Positions 1 to 11,957 of a stretch of DNA of 64,000 bases are shown in pieces. The notes under the pieces were generated by a model that was not told the DNA's origin, made no database searches, and saw nothing but the letters and a program-made list of their open reading frames with translations. Position numbers and translations under genes: made by a program. Source of the DNA: Felis catus (taxonomy: Eukaryota); assembly GCF_018350175.1 (NCBI RefSeq), contig NC_058368.1, positions 157,730,001 through 157,794,000 of the forward strand, in the 5' to 3' direction. The first letter of the stretch is position 1; each line of letters begins with the position of its first letter.

Positions 1-868
1 TATATAGAACATTCCATCCAAAAGCAACAGAATACACATTCTTCTCAAGTGCACATGGAACATTCTCCAGGATAGGACATATGTTAGGCCACAAAACAAG
101 TCTCATTACACTTAAGGAGACTGAAATCATATCAAGCATCTTTTCACAGTGGTATGATACAAGAAATCAGTTACAAAAAGAAAATGAAAAATCACAAATA
201 TGTGGGATTAAACAACATGCTACTGAATAACCAGTGGGTGAACAAATAAAAGACAACTGAAAATGGAAATACAACTTACCAAAATCTATGGGATGCAGCA
301 AAAGCAGTTCTGTGAGGGAAGTTCATAGCAATACAGGCCTAGCTCAAGAAACAAGACCAATCTTAATAATATAAGAGAGGAAATAAATGAGATAGGGATT
401 AAAAGACAATATAAAAAGATCAATGAAACTAAGAACTGGTTCTTTGAAAAGATAAACAGAATTGGCAAACCTTTAGCTAGTTACACCAAGAAAAAAAGAG
501 AGGGCTCAAATAAATAAAACGAGAAATGAGAGAGGAGAAGTTACAACTGATACCACAGAAATACTAAGGATTATGAGATTATTATGAATAATGATAGGCC
601 AACAAATTATACAACCTAGAAGAAAGGGATATATTTCTAGAAACATACAATCACTAATACATTAATGAAAGAAGTTAAAGAATACACAAATAAATGGAAA
701 GATAGTCCATGCTCATGGACTGGAAGAATTAATATTGTTAAGATGGTCATACTATTCAATGACTATATTATAAAACTAAGTAATCAAAATAGTCTGTTAA
801 TTATTATACCTTTGTAATATAGTGGATATATGGAAATGTACTTTGGTGCAGCCACTATTGAAAGCAGC
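1..868 (+). mobile_element. LINE-1 ORF2 remnant, internally deleted and rearranged; runs off the window start
   Basis: Typical L1 ORF2 DNA (acattccatccaaaagcaacagaatacacattcttctcaagtgcacatggaacattctccagg; aaagatcaatgaaactaagaactggttctttgaaaaga; atggaaagatagtccatgctcatggactggaagaattaatattg; tggtgcagccactattg) with many stops and jumps between ORF2 segments. Confidence 0.9.
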
Positions 869-869
869 A

Positions 870-2447
870 CAATATTCTTTTGGATTTTAGGGATTTAGTG
901 CAGTTTCAACATATAATCTAAATTGTCATTGTAGTTCACCACCTTGCATTTTGTTTTAAAGACACAGAGGCTTAAAATGAGGTTCTTTTCTTCTCTCAAA
1001 AAAAAAAAAAAAAGGAAGTTGATGGCAATGTGGAACTATATTTAGAGCAATCTGTTGGTGCTTCAGTGGAATCTATCCTGTTGGTAAAATGTAGAGTAGG
1101 CTTAAAATGTTTTCTTTTTAATATTTTTATTTTAATTTTAATTTATAGAAAGAGAAATTGAGCATGTGATCAAGGAAGATGGGAAGAGGGATAGAGAGAA
1201 TCCCAAGCAGGCTCCATCTCTAACATGGAGCCCTTTGCAGGGCTTGGTTTCACCACTCTGGGATCATGACCTGAGCTGGAATCAAGAGTCAGACACTCAA
1301 CCAACTGAGCCACTGAGGTACCCCCATATGTTTGTTTGTTTGTTTTTAAGTTAAATATCATTCCACTGACTCCACAGTAATAAAAATAAAAATTTTGCTT
1401 AATCATAAAACTTCACTTACTAGATTCAACTCACGTATATGACCAACTCTTAATTCCTATAGGGTAAATACTTCGGGAAATGAAAAGTTTCCTTGAACTG
1501 GTTGGTATTATACTAGCATATTCCTTCTAACTAAGTACAACTTCCACAAAGTTCTATGGCAGAGGAGTTTGGATGCTGCAGCTTATAGGCACATTATTAA
1601 AGAATCTCTGCAAAACAATATAACTTCATAGAGTTCCAAATAAATTTAAGATATTCATAGCACTCTTGCTACCCATCTAGCCACTACTCTTTCTATTTGA
1701 TTAACACTTACTATTGAGAATCCATGAGATTCAGGGTTATGGAGCAATCCTGATCAGAAAGCGTTTAGGATGAAGAAAAAGTCCATTTGTTTGAGACATG
1801 GTAGTTTAGTTTCACTCAGAAAGTGAAGAGTATGCCAAAATCTCAAGTGCCACTGTCAATGACATATATATATATTTTTTGGTATTAACCTGTAATGTCT
1901 TGAGTGTTCCCAGCTGAAAAATTGCTTCCGTATTACATCAAGCTCAAAAATCCTCAAAATCTTGGCATCTTACTTGATTAATATTACTTAGCCATAAAAA
2001 AAGGATGAGATTGTGCCATTTGTGACAACATGGATGGACCTAGAGGATATTATCCTAGGTGAAGTAAGTCAGGCTGAAAAAGATAAATACCATATGATTT
2101 CACTTACATGTGTAATCTAAAAAAAAAAAAAGAGAGAGAATAAACAAACAAAAAGCAGAATGAGAACTAAAAATACAGAGAACAAACTAAGGGCTGCCAG
2201 AGGGGAGGGGGAACTGGGCAAAATGGGTGAAGGGGAGTGGGAGACACAAGCTTCCAGTTATAGATGAATAAGTCATGGGAATAGAAGACACAGCATAAGG
2301 AATATTGTTAATGATATTTTAATAGTGTTGCATAGTGACAGAAAGCAGCTGTACTTGTAGTGAGTATAGTGTGGTGTATAAATTTGTCCTATCACTATGT
2401 TATACACTTAAAACGAAGGTATCATTTTGTGTCAATTATACCCAAAT
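870..2447 (+). repeat. Inverted local duplication, copy A (partner 44470-45788)
   Basis: Collinear reverse-complement match by eye, e.g. 870 caatattcttttggattttagggatttagtgcagtttcaacatataatc vs rc of 45788 caatattcttttggatttcagggacttagtgcagtttcaacatataatc; the same unique/L1 junction is present in both copies. Confidence 0.95.
1110..1325 (-). mobile_element. CanSINE (SINEC), older-type
   Basis: T-rich tail, GA tract, gaatcccaagcaggctcc...gggatcatgacctgagctggaatcaagagtcagacactcaaccaactgagccac; absent from the paralogous copy. Confidence 0.9.
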
Positions 2448-2455
2448 AAAAATAT
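1981..2455 (+). mobile_element. 5'-truncated LINE-1 3' end (carnivore L1 type)
   Basis: gccataaaaaaaggatgagattgtgccatttgtgacaacatggatggacctagagg ... tgtgtcaattatacccaaataaaa. Confidence 0.9.
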
Positions 2456-2459
2456 TGGA

Positions 2460-2895
2460 AAACAAAACAGAACAAACAAAATTAAACTCATAGATACAGA
2501 GAACAGAATGGTGGGTGCGGCGGGGAAGGGGACTTGGAAGGAGAGTGAAATGTGTAAAGGGGGTCAAGAGATACAGATATCCAGCTATAAAGTGAATAAG
2601 TCATGGATGTGTAATGTACAGCATAGTGTCTATATCAATAGTATTGTAGTGCATATTTGAAATTACCAAGAGAGTAAATCTTAAAATCTTGTTTCTCATC
2701 ACAGGAAAAAAAACTTCACTTTTTTGTAATTTTGTATAGTACAGTATAATACAGATGGTAACTAGACTTATTTTGTGGTGATCATTTCACTGTGTATACA
2801 AATGTTGAATCATTATGTTGTATACATGAAAATAACATAATATTACATGTCACTTATACCTCAATTTAAAAAAATGTAACAAAACAAAACAAAAG
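2460..2895 (+). mobile_element. LINE-1 3' UTR (L1MA-like), probably the tail of the L1 at 1-868
   Basis: aaactcatagatacagagaacagaatggtgg ... aatcattatgttgtatacatgaaaataacataatattacatgtcacttatacctcaatttaaaaaa followed by an A-rich tail. Confidence 0.85.
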
Positions 2896-2934
2896 CTCAA
2901 AGACCCTCAGACCCTTTAGCTGCTTGATAGTAGC

Positions 2935-3025
2935 ATATGTGTCCATTTGTACTGTTATTTTTCCTTAGCACCTAGAGTTCCTGGCCTATTATAAGTGTAC
3001 AATAAATATTTTTTAGTAAAAGTAA
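2935..3025 (+). mobile_element. L2 3' end fragment
   Basis: ttagcacctagagttcctggcctattataagtgtacaataaatatttt resembles the L2 terminus. Confidence 0.5.
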
Positions 3026-3134
3026 AGTGTAATCTAATGATTTTTAATACTCCCTAAGATAGTTTTATATACTTTCACTTGAAATCTGTGGAGATTTTAA
3101 ATAAGTTAGGAGTCTGGCTATGATCTCGCTGACA

Positions 3135-3640
3135 CCTCAGATCTTCATTGACATGAGTAAAGATCCAGAAGATGCTGAATGGAGTGGATATGAGTGGATT
3201 TGTTTTGTGAACTTATGGGTGAGAGAGGCAACTATCAACAGGAGCACATATTGTTTGCCATAGGTCTCTTGCAAGAAGCTGGGATGTCCTGCTTCTCCGG
3301 CCTTTGGCTGATTCTGCAGCAGATGAGTTGAAGCAGAAATTATAACAGGACATGCTTTCTGTTAGGAGCTATCATGAGTCACTGCATTTATTGGGAAGAA
3401 ATTGTTCACAGTAATTTGAAGACCTTGATATAAGAGTGATCGTCACTGGCACAGGAAGAATGCATGAAATAAAGAACTTGGTACCATTTCTAGTACCATT
3501 TGAAAATAATTGGGTTTAGAATGACATCAGAGATGTTTTTCTGCATTAAATGTTCTAAGAACAATGTGACTTCAGTGACAGGGACTCCAGTGAAAACCTG
3601 AAGTCATTTAGAAAATGTACCATGGCTTTGACAAGCATAA
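3135..3640 (+). mobile_element. Possible highly decayed hAT-Charlie transposase relic
   Basis: Ordered degenerate peptides QIFIDMSKD..ICFVNL..QEHILFAIGL..SHCIYWEE..VPWL*QA* resemble Charlie motifs QLDESTD..LVFVRY..EEFLFC..THCIIHRE..VRWLSRGK; frameshifts and stops present, spacing imperfect. Confidence 0.3.
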
Positions 3641-4079
3641 AGACTTATATATAATCAATCCCAAATGTTACACAGCTCTTTCTAAAAAGTATTAAGTGTA
3701 ATATTATTGTCCTAATTATCTTTTTCCCCCCAAGAATGTGGTATTATATGGCATCCCTTACAATTAACTATGCTTAGTTGAAATCAGTATGCCAACCCTG
3801 TAACATTATATACAATGCCATTAGTTGTGTTATGAATAAATGTACCAAACAAGGAAACAAACACATATTTTTAAAAAAATGAAAGAAAAAAAAAGAGGTT
3901 GAAGTGTTGACAGGGGTGAATGGAGGTAGAAGATGAGGACACAGGAGGCAGATACACAGGATAATGGTGAAATTCTAAACCCTTGTGGAAAAAAAAAAAA
4001 AGAAATCTTGAGGAGTTCTAGTTCTCCTCATACTATAGAACTGAGGGTTCAAAGGTGTACTACCTAAATCTCAGAAATT

Positions 4080-4784
4080 AGAGAACCTCCAGCTGATGTC
4101 TGGGTAACATTAGTCAGCATCTCAAGTTATATGCTCCCAATGTTGTACCAACTTCTCCCTCAGTCCCCATTGAAATCCTACCATACATCCCAACACATAT
4201 ACCAAAGCCTAGGACTCATGCTTGAGTATGTTTTTCCTCTTACCTTCCATAACCAACCCAAAAGCAATTCTGCATTTGTTTCCAAAATAAACTTTGAAGT
4301 CATTTACTTGTCTTCTATATCACTACTATTCCTGATCCTAGAACACCATCATTTCCTTCCTGGATAACTGCAAGAATTGTAATCTCCATTCTAACCACCC
4401 TTTCACCACTCTTGCCATGCTCCTTCCATAGCAGAGTGATCTATGAAAACAGTAAATAAAATCAAGTCTCTGTTTAAAAATCCTCTAGTGAGTTCCCATA
4501 AATCTGAGGATGGAATGCAAACTCCTGCAGTGGTGGAGAGTAGCTGGCCCCTCACCCAGTACCACTTGCTCTCAGTAGGCTTCTACCACCCGGCCTGCCT
4601 ATACCTGAGAGGTGCCAAGATTTCTCCTGCCTTAGGGTTTTTGTTCTTGCTGCTCCTGGACATGTCTTTCTCCTTCTCATTACATCCCCATCTTCTCATC
4701 CTTCCATGTAGGTTCAAATATCCCTCCTTGTGGAGGTCTTCCCTTTCTATTCTATTGAAAATTGTCCCCGTTTACCACATTGCT

Positions 4785-4847
<63 letters not shown>

Positions 4848-4985
4848 TTTTTTGTAGCACTTGTTAAGATTTATAACTTATGTGCTATTTCTCTTCTGAT
4901 CAGAGATGGGAGCCTGTGGCTTTTTCACAGTTGTATTCCCATTGCCATTTTATAATAAGCACCCCATACATATTGGTTGAGTGAA
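4080..4985 (+). mobile_element. L2 LINE fragment
   Basis: gcatctcaagttatatgctcccaa..., ccatagcagagtgatct..., ttcaaatatccctccttgtggaggtcttccc..., ending tattggttgagtgaa. Confidence 0.75.
4784..4850. repeat. (TTTA)n microsatellite
   Basis: Direct reading of the tandem repeat. Confidence 0.95.
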
Positions 4986-7900
4986 AAAGATTCTTTCTTT
5001 GGATGTCCTTTTGTGCCTTTGAAAACCACTGGCTTCCCACTTGTCTTTTTGTATGGCTCAGAGAAATCCACGGGCCTATCCCATATTTTGACTTTCATAT
5101 AGATCTTTTCTGCTTCCCACACCAAACGAACTTCCTAAAAATTGAGTCATGTAAATAGGCCTCTGATAGGGTGGGGATCAATTCTTCTTATTGCCGTAAG
5201 GGTCCAGCCATGGCTGAATCCTAGTAGGCACGCAGATTGGGCTGAAATGGGCTGTTGATGTATTTGTCCTTGAAGTCTGTGCCATTTAATCATTCTTCAC
5301 CTCCAAAGTTAAGTGACTTTTCAAAAATATGTCATATAACTTAGAGGGTCCTGAGAAGGAAAAATAAAACTGTATCGTCCTTCCTGAAATCAGTTTTAAT
5401 CAGAGAGAAGTTAGTAGAACTCTAGACAGTGAAATGCATTTTCTTGTGGATCTGCAATTCTAATAGTTTTTTCTATTTTTCTTTTATTGAGGTATAATTG
5501 AAAAATGAAATAGTAAGATAAAGTGCATATCATGATGATTTTATATGTATAAACTGTGAAAGGACTCCCTCTATCAAGTTTAATCAACAGATCCATTGCC
5601 TTATATATTGGCCTTTTTGTGTGTGTGTGAAGTTCTACTCTTACCACATCTAATTATACAATACAATGTTATCAACTACAGTCATTGAGTTACATATTAG
5701 ATACTAAGATTTTATTCATCTTATAACTGAAAGTTTATATTACTTTTCTACCAACATTCCCTTATTTCCTCCAGCCCCCAGCCCCTGGCAAGTGCTTTTC
5801 TATTCTCTGTTCCTATGAGTTTGACTTTTGACTTTTGACTTTCTTTTTTTTTGTTGTTTTGTTTTAGGTTTCATTGTAAGTGATACCATACAATGTTTAT
5901 CCTTCTCTCTCTGGCTTATTTCACCTCACACAATGGCCTCAAGATCCATCTAAGTTTTCACTTGTGGCAGGATTTCCTTCTTTTTAAAGACTGTGTAATA
6001 TTCCATTGTATGTATATACTACAGTTTCTTTATCCATTCACCCATGGCTGGAAATATAGGCTGTTTCCATGGTTTAGCTATTGTAAATAATACAGTGATG
6101 AACATGGCAGGACCGATTATCTCTTTCAGATAATGGTTTCATTACCCTTGGTTATATACTCAGAAGTGGGGTTTCTGGATTGTGTGGTAGTTCTGTTTTT
6201 ATTTCTTGAGGAACCCCTATACTGTTTTCCATAGTGTCTATACCAATTTAGATTCCTCCCACCAACAATGTACATAGTTCCCCTTCTCTCCACATCCTCA
6301 CTAGCATTTGTTATTTCTTGTCTTTTTTATGATAGCCATTCTAACAGGTGTGAGCTGATATGTCATTGCAGTTTGACTTGCATTTGCCTGATTATTAGTG
6401 ATGTTGAATAACTTTTCATGTACCTTTTGGCCATCTGTATTTTGTATTTTTTTATTTTTAGGAAAGTATTTATTCATATTCTTTGTCCATTTTTTAATTG
6501 GGTTGTATGCTGTGTTGCTATAAGTTCCTGTTGTATTTCAGATATTAATCCATTATCAGATATGTGGTTTGCAAATACTTTCTCTCATTCCATAGGTAGC
6601 CTTTTCATTTTGTTGATGGTTTCTTTTGTTGTGCAGAAACTTTTTAGTTAAATGTAGTCCTGCTTATTTATTTGTGGTTTTGTTCCTTTGCTTATGGTGC
6701 AAATCCAAAACGTCATTGCCAAGACGGATGTCAAGGAGCTTAACCTCTATGTTTTCTTTTGGGTGCTTTATGATTTTAGGTCTTATGTTCAAGTCTTTAA
6801 TCTACTTTCAGTAGATTTTTGTGTATGGTATAAGATAGAGGTCCAGTGTCATTCTTTTATATATGGCTACCAGTTTTCCCAACACCATTTTTTGAAAAGA
6901 CTGTCCATTTTCCATTGTATATTCTTGGTTCCTTTGTTACAAATTAATTGATTATATATGCCTGGCCTGTATCTGGGTTCTCTATTTTGCTCTATTGATC
7001 TATGTGTCTGTTTGTATACCAATACCACACTGTTTTGATTACTATAGCTTTGTAATATAGTTCAAAATCTGGAAGTCTAATACCTCAAGCTTTGTTTTTC
7101 TTTCTTAAGATTTCTTTGGCTATTTGGTATATTTTATGGTTCTATACTAATTTTAGGATTGTTTTTTCCATTTCTGTGAAAAATGTCATTGAAATTTTGA
7201 TAAGGATTGCATTGATTTTGTAGATTGCTTTGGGTAGTAGGGACAATTTAACAATATTAATTCTTCCAATCCATGAGCATGGACTATCTTTCCACTTATT
7301 TGTGTCTTCTTTAATTTCTTTCATCAGTGTCTTATGGTTTTCAGTATACAGGTCTTTCTTTTCACAGTTAACTTTATTTCTATGTATTTTATTCTTCTTC
7401 ATGCAGTTGTAAATTGGAATGTTTAATTTCTCCTTCTGGTAGTTCATTGTTGTATAAAAACACAATTGTTTTTTGTATATTGCTTTTGTGTCCTGCAATG
7501 TTACTGAATTCGCTGATTAGTTCTAACAGTTTTTTGGTGGAATCTTCAGGATTTTCCATATATAATACCATCTACAAATAGAAACAGCTTTAATGCTTTC
7601 TTTCCTACTTGTATGCCTATTATTTCTTTGTCTTGCCCAAGTCCTCTGCTCGGGACTTCCAGTACTGTGTTGAATAAAAATGGCAATCCCTGTTTTGTTC
7701 TTGGTCTTAGAAGAAAAACTTTTATCTTTTTATAAGTGGGTATCATATTAGTCCTGGGCTTGTCATATATAACCTTTATTGTGTTGAAGTATGTTCCCTT
7801 TATACGCATTTTGTTGAGAGTGATTTATTTTAATCATAAATGGATGTTGATGATGTCAAATGCTTTTTCTTCATCTATTGAGATGATCATATGATTTTTA

Positions 7901-8089
7901 TCCTTCATGTTGTTAATGCACTGCATCATATAATTGATTTTCAGATGTTGAACCATCCTTGCATCCTGGGAACGAATACCACTTGATCATGGTGTATGAT
8001 CTTTTTAATGTACTGTTGAATTTTTTTTCCTAATATTTTGCTGAAAACTTTTTTTATCTGCCTTTTTATCCTCATCTTGTCTCACTCTC

Positions 8090-8497
8090 TTTTTTTAAAT
8101 TTAAGTATAATTGACATGTGTTACATTAGTTTCAGTATACAACATAGTAATTTGACAATTCTGTATGTTATACTATACTCACCATGGTAAGTGTAGTTAC
8201 ATCTATCACTGTACAATGTTATTAAAATATTATAGACTGTATTCCCTACATGGTACTTTGTATCTCCATGGCTTATTTATTTCATAACTGGAAGTTTGTG
8301 CCTTTTAATCCCCTTTATCTATTTTGCCCATCCCTTAGTCCTCTCCCCTCTGGCAACCACTAATTTGTTCTCTGTATTTATGATTCTGTCTCTGTTTGTT
8401 TCTCTGTTCATTTGTTTTGTTTTTTAGATTCCACATATAAATGATATCATATGGTGTTTCTCTTTTACTTATTTCACTTACCATAATACCCTCCAGG
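8090..8497 (-). mobile_element. Nested 5'-truncated carnivore L1 3' end
   Basis: ttaagtataattgacat...ttagtttcagtatacaacatagtaatttgacaattctgtatg ... atttcacttaccataataccctccaggtt; host L1 resumes at about 8498. Confidence 0.88.
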
Positions 8498-9396
8498 TTT
8501 ATTTTTGCTGAGTATTTTTACATCTATATTCATCAGGGATATTGGCCTGTATTTGTTTGTTTGTTTGTTTGTTTTTGTTTTGTTTTCCTCATACATTCTG
8601 TGTATGGCTTTCTTATCAGGGTAATGTTGTCCTCATATAATGAGTTCGGAAGTTTTTTCCTCAAATATTGGTATTTGTTCGTTTTTAAAATGTTTCGTAG
8701 AATTCACCAGTGAGGATATTGGTACTGGATTTTTCTTTCTTGCGAGTTTTTTGATTATTGATTCAATAGTAATTTGTCTATTCATGTGTTCTCTTTCTTC
8801 ATGATTCAGTATTGGTAGGTTGCATCATTTTCAGAATATATCCATTTCTCCTAGGTTGTTCAATTCATTGGTGTATAATTGTTTATAGCAGTATCTTATG
8901 ATTCTTTGTATTTCTGTGATCTTGGTTGTAATGTTTTCACTTTCATCTATAATTTTATTTGAGTCCTCTTTTCTTGCTTAGTCTAGCTAAACGTTTGTCT
9001 GGTTTGTTTATCATTTAAAAACTTTTTATTCTTTCCATAAATTTTGGTATGTTGTATTTCCATTTCATTTGTTTCAAATATTTTTTTTATCTCTCTTTTG
9101 ATTTTTTTCTTTGACTCATTGGTTATCAGGAGCATGTTGTTTAATCTCCACATATTTGTGAATTTTCCAGTTTTTTTTTTCATAATTGATTGGTAGTTTC
9201 ACACCTTTGTGGTTGGAAAAGATGCTTGATATGACTTCAGTCTTAAATTTATTGAAACTTGTTTTGTGGACTAAAATATTATCTATCCTGGAGAATGTCC
9301 CATTTGCACTTGAGAAGGATGTGTATTAAAATTGAATGGAATTGAATGGAATATTCTGTATATGTCTGTTAGGTCGTCAAGCCTAACATATAATTT

Positions 9397-9610
9397 AAAA
9401 AAAAATTTTTTTTAATGTTTATTTATTTTTGAGACAGATACAGAGCATGAACAGAGGAGGGACAGAGAGAGGGAGACACAGAATCTGAAGCAGGCTCTAG
9501 GCTCCGAGCTGTCAGCACAGAGCCCAACATGGGGCTTGAACTCATGGACTGCAAGATCATGACCTGAGCCGAGGTCAGATGCTTAACCGACTGGGCCACC
9601 CAGGTGCCCA
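9397..9610 (-). mobile_element. Feliform CanSINE (SINEC_Fc group)
   Basis: Full SINE body; TSD agcctaacatataatttaa on both sides. Confidence 0.95.
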
Positions 9611-10174
9611 GAGCCTAACATATAATTTAAGTTTAATGTTTCCTTATTGACTTTCCACCCGGATTATCTATCCAATGTTGAATGTGGGGTATTAAAGTCT
9701 CCTGCTGTTATTGCATTGTTGTTTCTTTCTTCAGATCTTGTAATATTTGCTTTATGTATTTAGCTGCTCCTATTTTTGCATCCATAAATATATACAAATA
9801 CATCCTCTTAGTGAATTGACTCCTTTATTATTATATAATGACCTTCTTTGTCTCTTGTTACAGTGAATCTGTTTTGTTTGGTATCAATATAGCTATCTCT
9901 GAATTCTTCTGGTTTCCATTTGCATGGAATGTCTTTTTCTATACCTTCACTTGTAGTCTGTTTGTTCTTAAAATTGAAGTGATTCTCATGTACACAGCAT
10001 ACAGTTGGGACTTGTTTTTTATCTGGTTAGCCACTTTGTGTCTTTTGGTTGAAGAATTTAGTTCATTTACATTTGAAGTCATTATTGATAAGAATGGACT
10101 TACTATTGCCATTTTGCTAATAATTTTCTGGTTGCTTTGTAATTCATTGTTCATTTTTTTTTAAATCTCTCTCC

Positions 10175-10352
10175 CTTTTTTTAATGTTTATTTATTTTGA
10201 GAGAGAGACAGAGACAGAGAGAGAGAATCCCAAGCAGGTACCACGCTGTTAGTGCAGAGCCCAATGCAGGACTCAATTCCACACACTGTGAAATCATAAC
10301 CTGAGCTGAAATCAAGGGTTGGATACTTAACCAACTGAACCCCAGGCATCCC
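10175..10352 (-). mobile_element. CanSINE
   Basis: tttaatgtttatttattttgagagagag...gaatcccaagcagg...cccaggcatccc. Confidence 0.92.
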
Positions 10353-11321
10353 ATTTTTTATCTCTTGTTTTCTTCTGTGATTTTCTTTCTTTTCTTCCTC
10401 CTCCTCCTCCCCCTTTCTCCCCCCCCTTCTTCTTCTTGTTGTTGTTCTTCTTCTTCTTCTTCTTTTCTCTAGTGCTATGCTTTGATTCCTTTCTCTTTTA
10501 TCTTTTGTGTATCTACTACTGTTTTTTGCTTCATGGTTACCATAAACTTTGCACAAAACATCTTATATTTATAACAGTCTATTTTAAACTAATAATTTAA
10601 CTTCAAATACACGCAAAAACTGCATGCTTTTACACTGCCCTCCACACATATTTTATGTTATTGATTTCACAATTTACATTTTTTACAATGTATATTCCTT
10701 AGCAATTATTATACTTATTTTTAGTACTCCTACCTTTTGACATTTATGCTAAAATTATAAATGATTTACCTACCACCATTTTACTATTAGAATACTCTAA
10801 TTTTAACTATATATTTACCTTTACCAGTGACTTTTATTCTTCCACGTTTTCCTGTTACTGGTTAATACCCTTCTAATACATATTTGGGTACGTATTTGTA
10901 TTTTAATTTTTATAGTATTCTGAAAAAATTCACTTGAGCATATTGTGGATCCCCTGGAAACCCACTTTATCACAGAGTGCTGTAGTGGCCTTTTCATGCC
11001 CTCATTTGCATTTGTGTTTGTGATTAATTCACACCAAGTGAAGGCCAAATGATGTTAGTTTCCCTACTATAGAAACAGAGGTTTTGAGGTAGTTTAAATG
11101 GAGTTGTATTCCTCAACCTTTGTTTCTAATATGTATTACCTACATTAGTCCTTTGTGATAAGCTGTCCCAGAATGTTGACTTTCTTGGGCTCTCAGTGGC
11201 AGCATTTAAGGATCTCTGGAAAAGCACAGTTGGGGAAGTAGAGGAAGAAGAACTCTACTCTTCCTCACCCTCATTCCCTATATCCCTGCCTTGTCTTCAA
11301 TAAAGAAGCTCCTCTTTTCTT

Positions 11322-11530
11322 TTTAAAATTTTTTTTAATGTTTATTTATTTTTGAGAGACAGAGTAAGAGTGGGGGAGGGACAGAGAGAGAGGGAAACAC
11401 AGAATCTGAAGCAGGGTCCAGGCTCTGGGCTGTCAGCACAGAGCCTGACATGGAGCTCAAACCCACGACCTGTGAGATCATGACCTGAGCCGAAGTTGGA
11501 TGCCCAACCAACTGACCACTGAGGCACCCC
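11322..11530 (-). mobile_element. Feliform CanSINE
   Basis: SINE body; imperfect TSD aagaagctc...ttttct. Confidence 0.95.
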
Positions 11531-11834
11531 AAGAAGCTCTCCTTTTCTATTTGTACATCAGTCCCCTTTGTAGTAAACTTGATGACCAATGGGTTCATTA
11601 TCTTGAAACAAGTTTTTAAAACCACTGGCCTGGACCACTGCAGTTCTAGGTATAGAATTTAAAATATTACAAGAATGTATATAAAATCATCTGGCTAAAA
11701 TTTGACTATACCCTTACGTTTTGAAGCAAAATATGGGAAACTGTCTCAAACTTAGAACCATAGGTATAAGCGAGTTTCCATTTAACATGAAGCAAAACAC
11801 ATTTCAGTTATAATACATGGGGTATTGCAGTAGG

Positions 11835-11950
11835 ATACTTCACCTCTCTCATGTTACAGAGAATGTTAGACTCAAGGGTCCATCAGTGATTCAGAGGCAG
11901 AGCCAAGATTAGAACCCAACTTCCTGATTCCTGTTCCAGTAGTCCTCCCA
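11835..11950 (-). mobile_element. MIR fragment
   Basis: agaggcagagccaagattagaacccaacttcctgattcc MIR motif. Confidence 0.6.
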
Positions 11951-11957
11951 TTAATCT

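Larger units (their letters stand above)
5478..10880 (-). mobile_element. Long decayed LINE-1 (L1MA-like 3' UTR plus most of ORF2), interrupted by a younger L1 and two SINEs
   Basis: Starts ttttattgaggtataattga (rc 3' end). Minus-strand ORFs give L1 ORF2 peptides ([71 protein letters not shown]; the endonuclease start SIMTSNVNELNSSTKRHKVANQIK). Confidence 0.95.

Noticed and set aside
4443..4955. 170-aa ORF with IYLF repeats
   Set aside because: Reads through an L2 remnant and a (TTTA)n microsatellite.
7142..7809. ORFs with clear protein similarity (118, 60 and 87 aa)
   Set aside because: Frameshifted fragments of LINE-1 ORF2, not a host gene.
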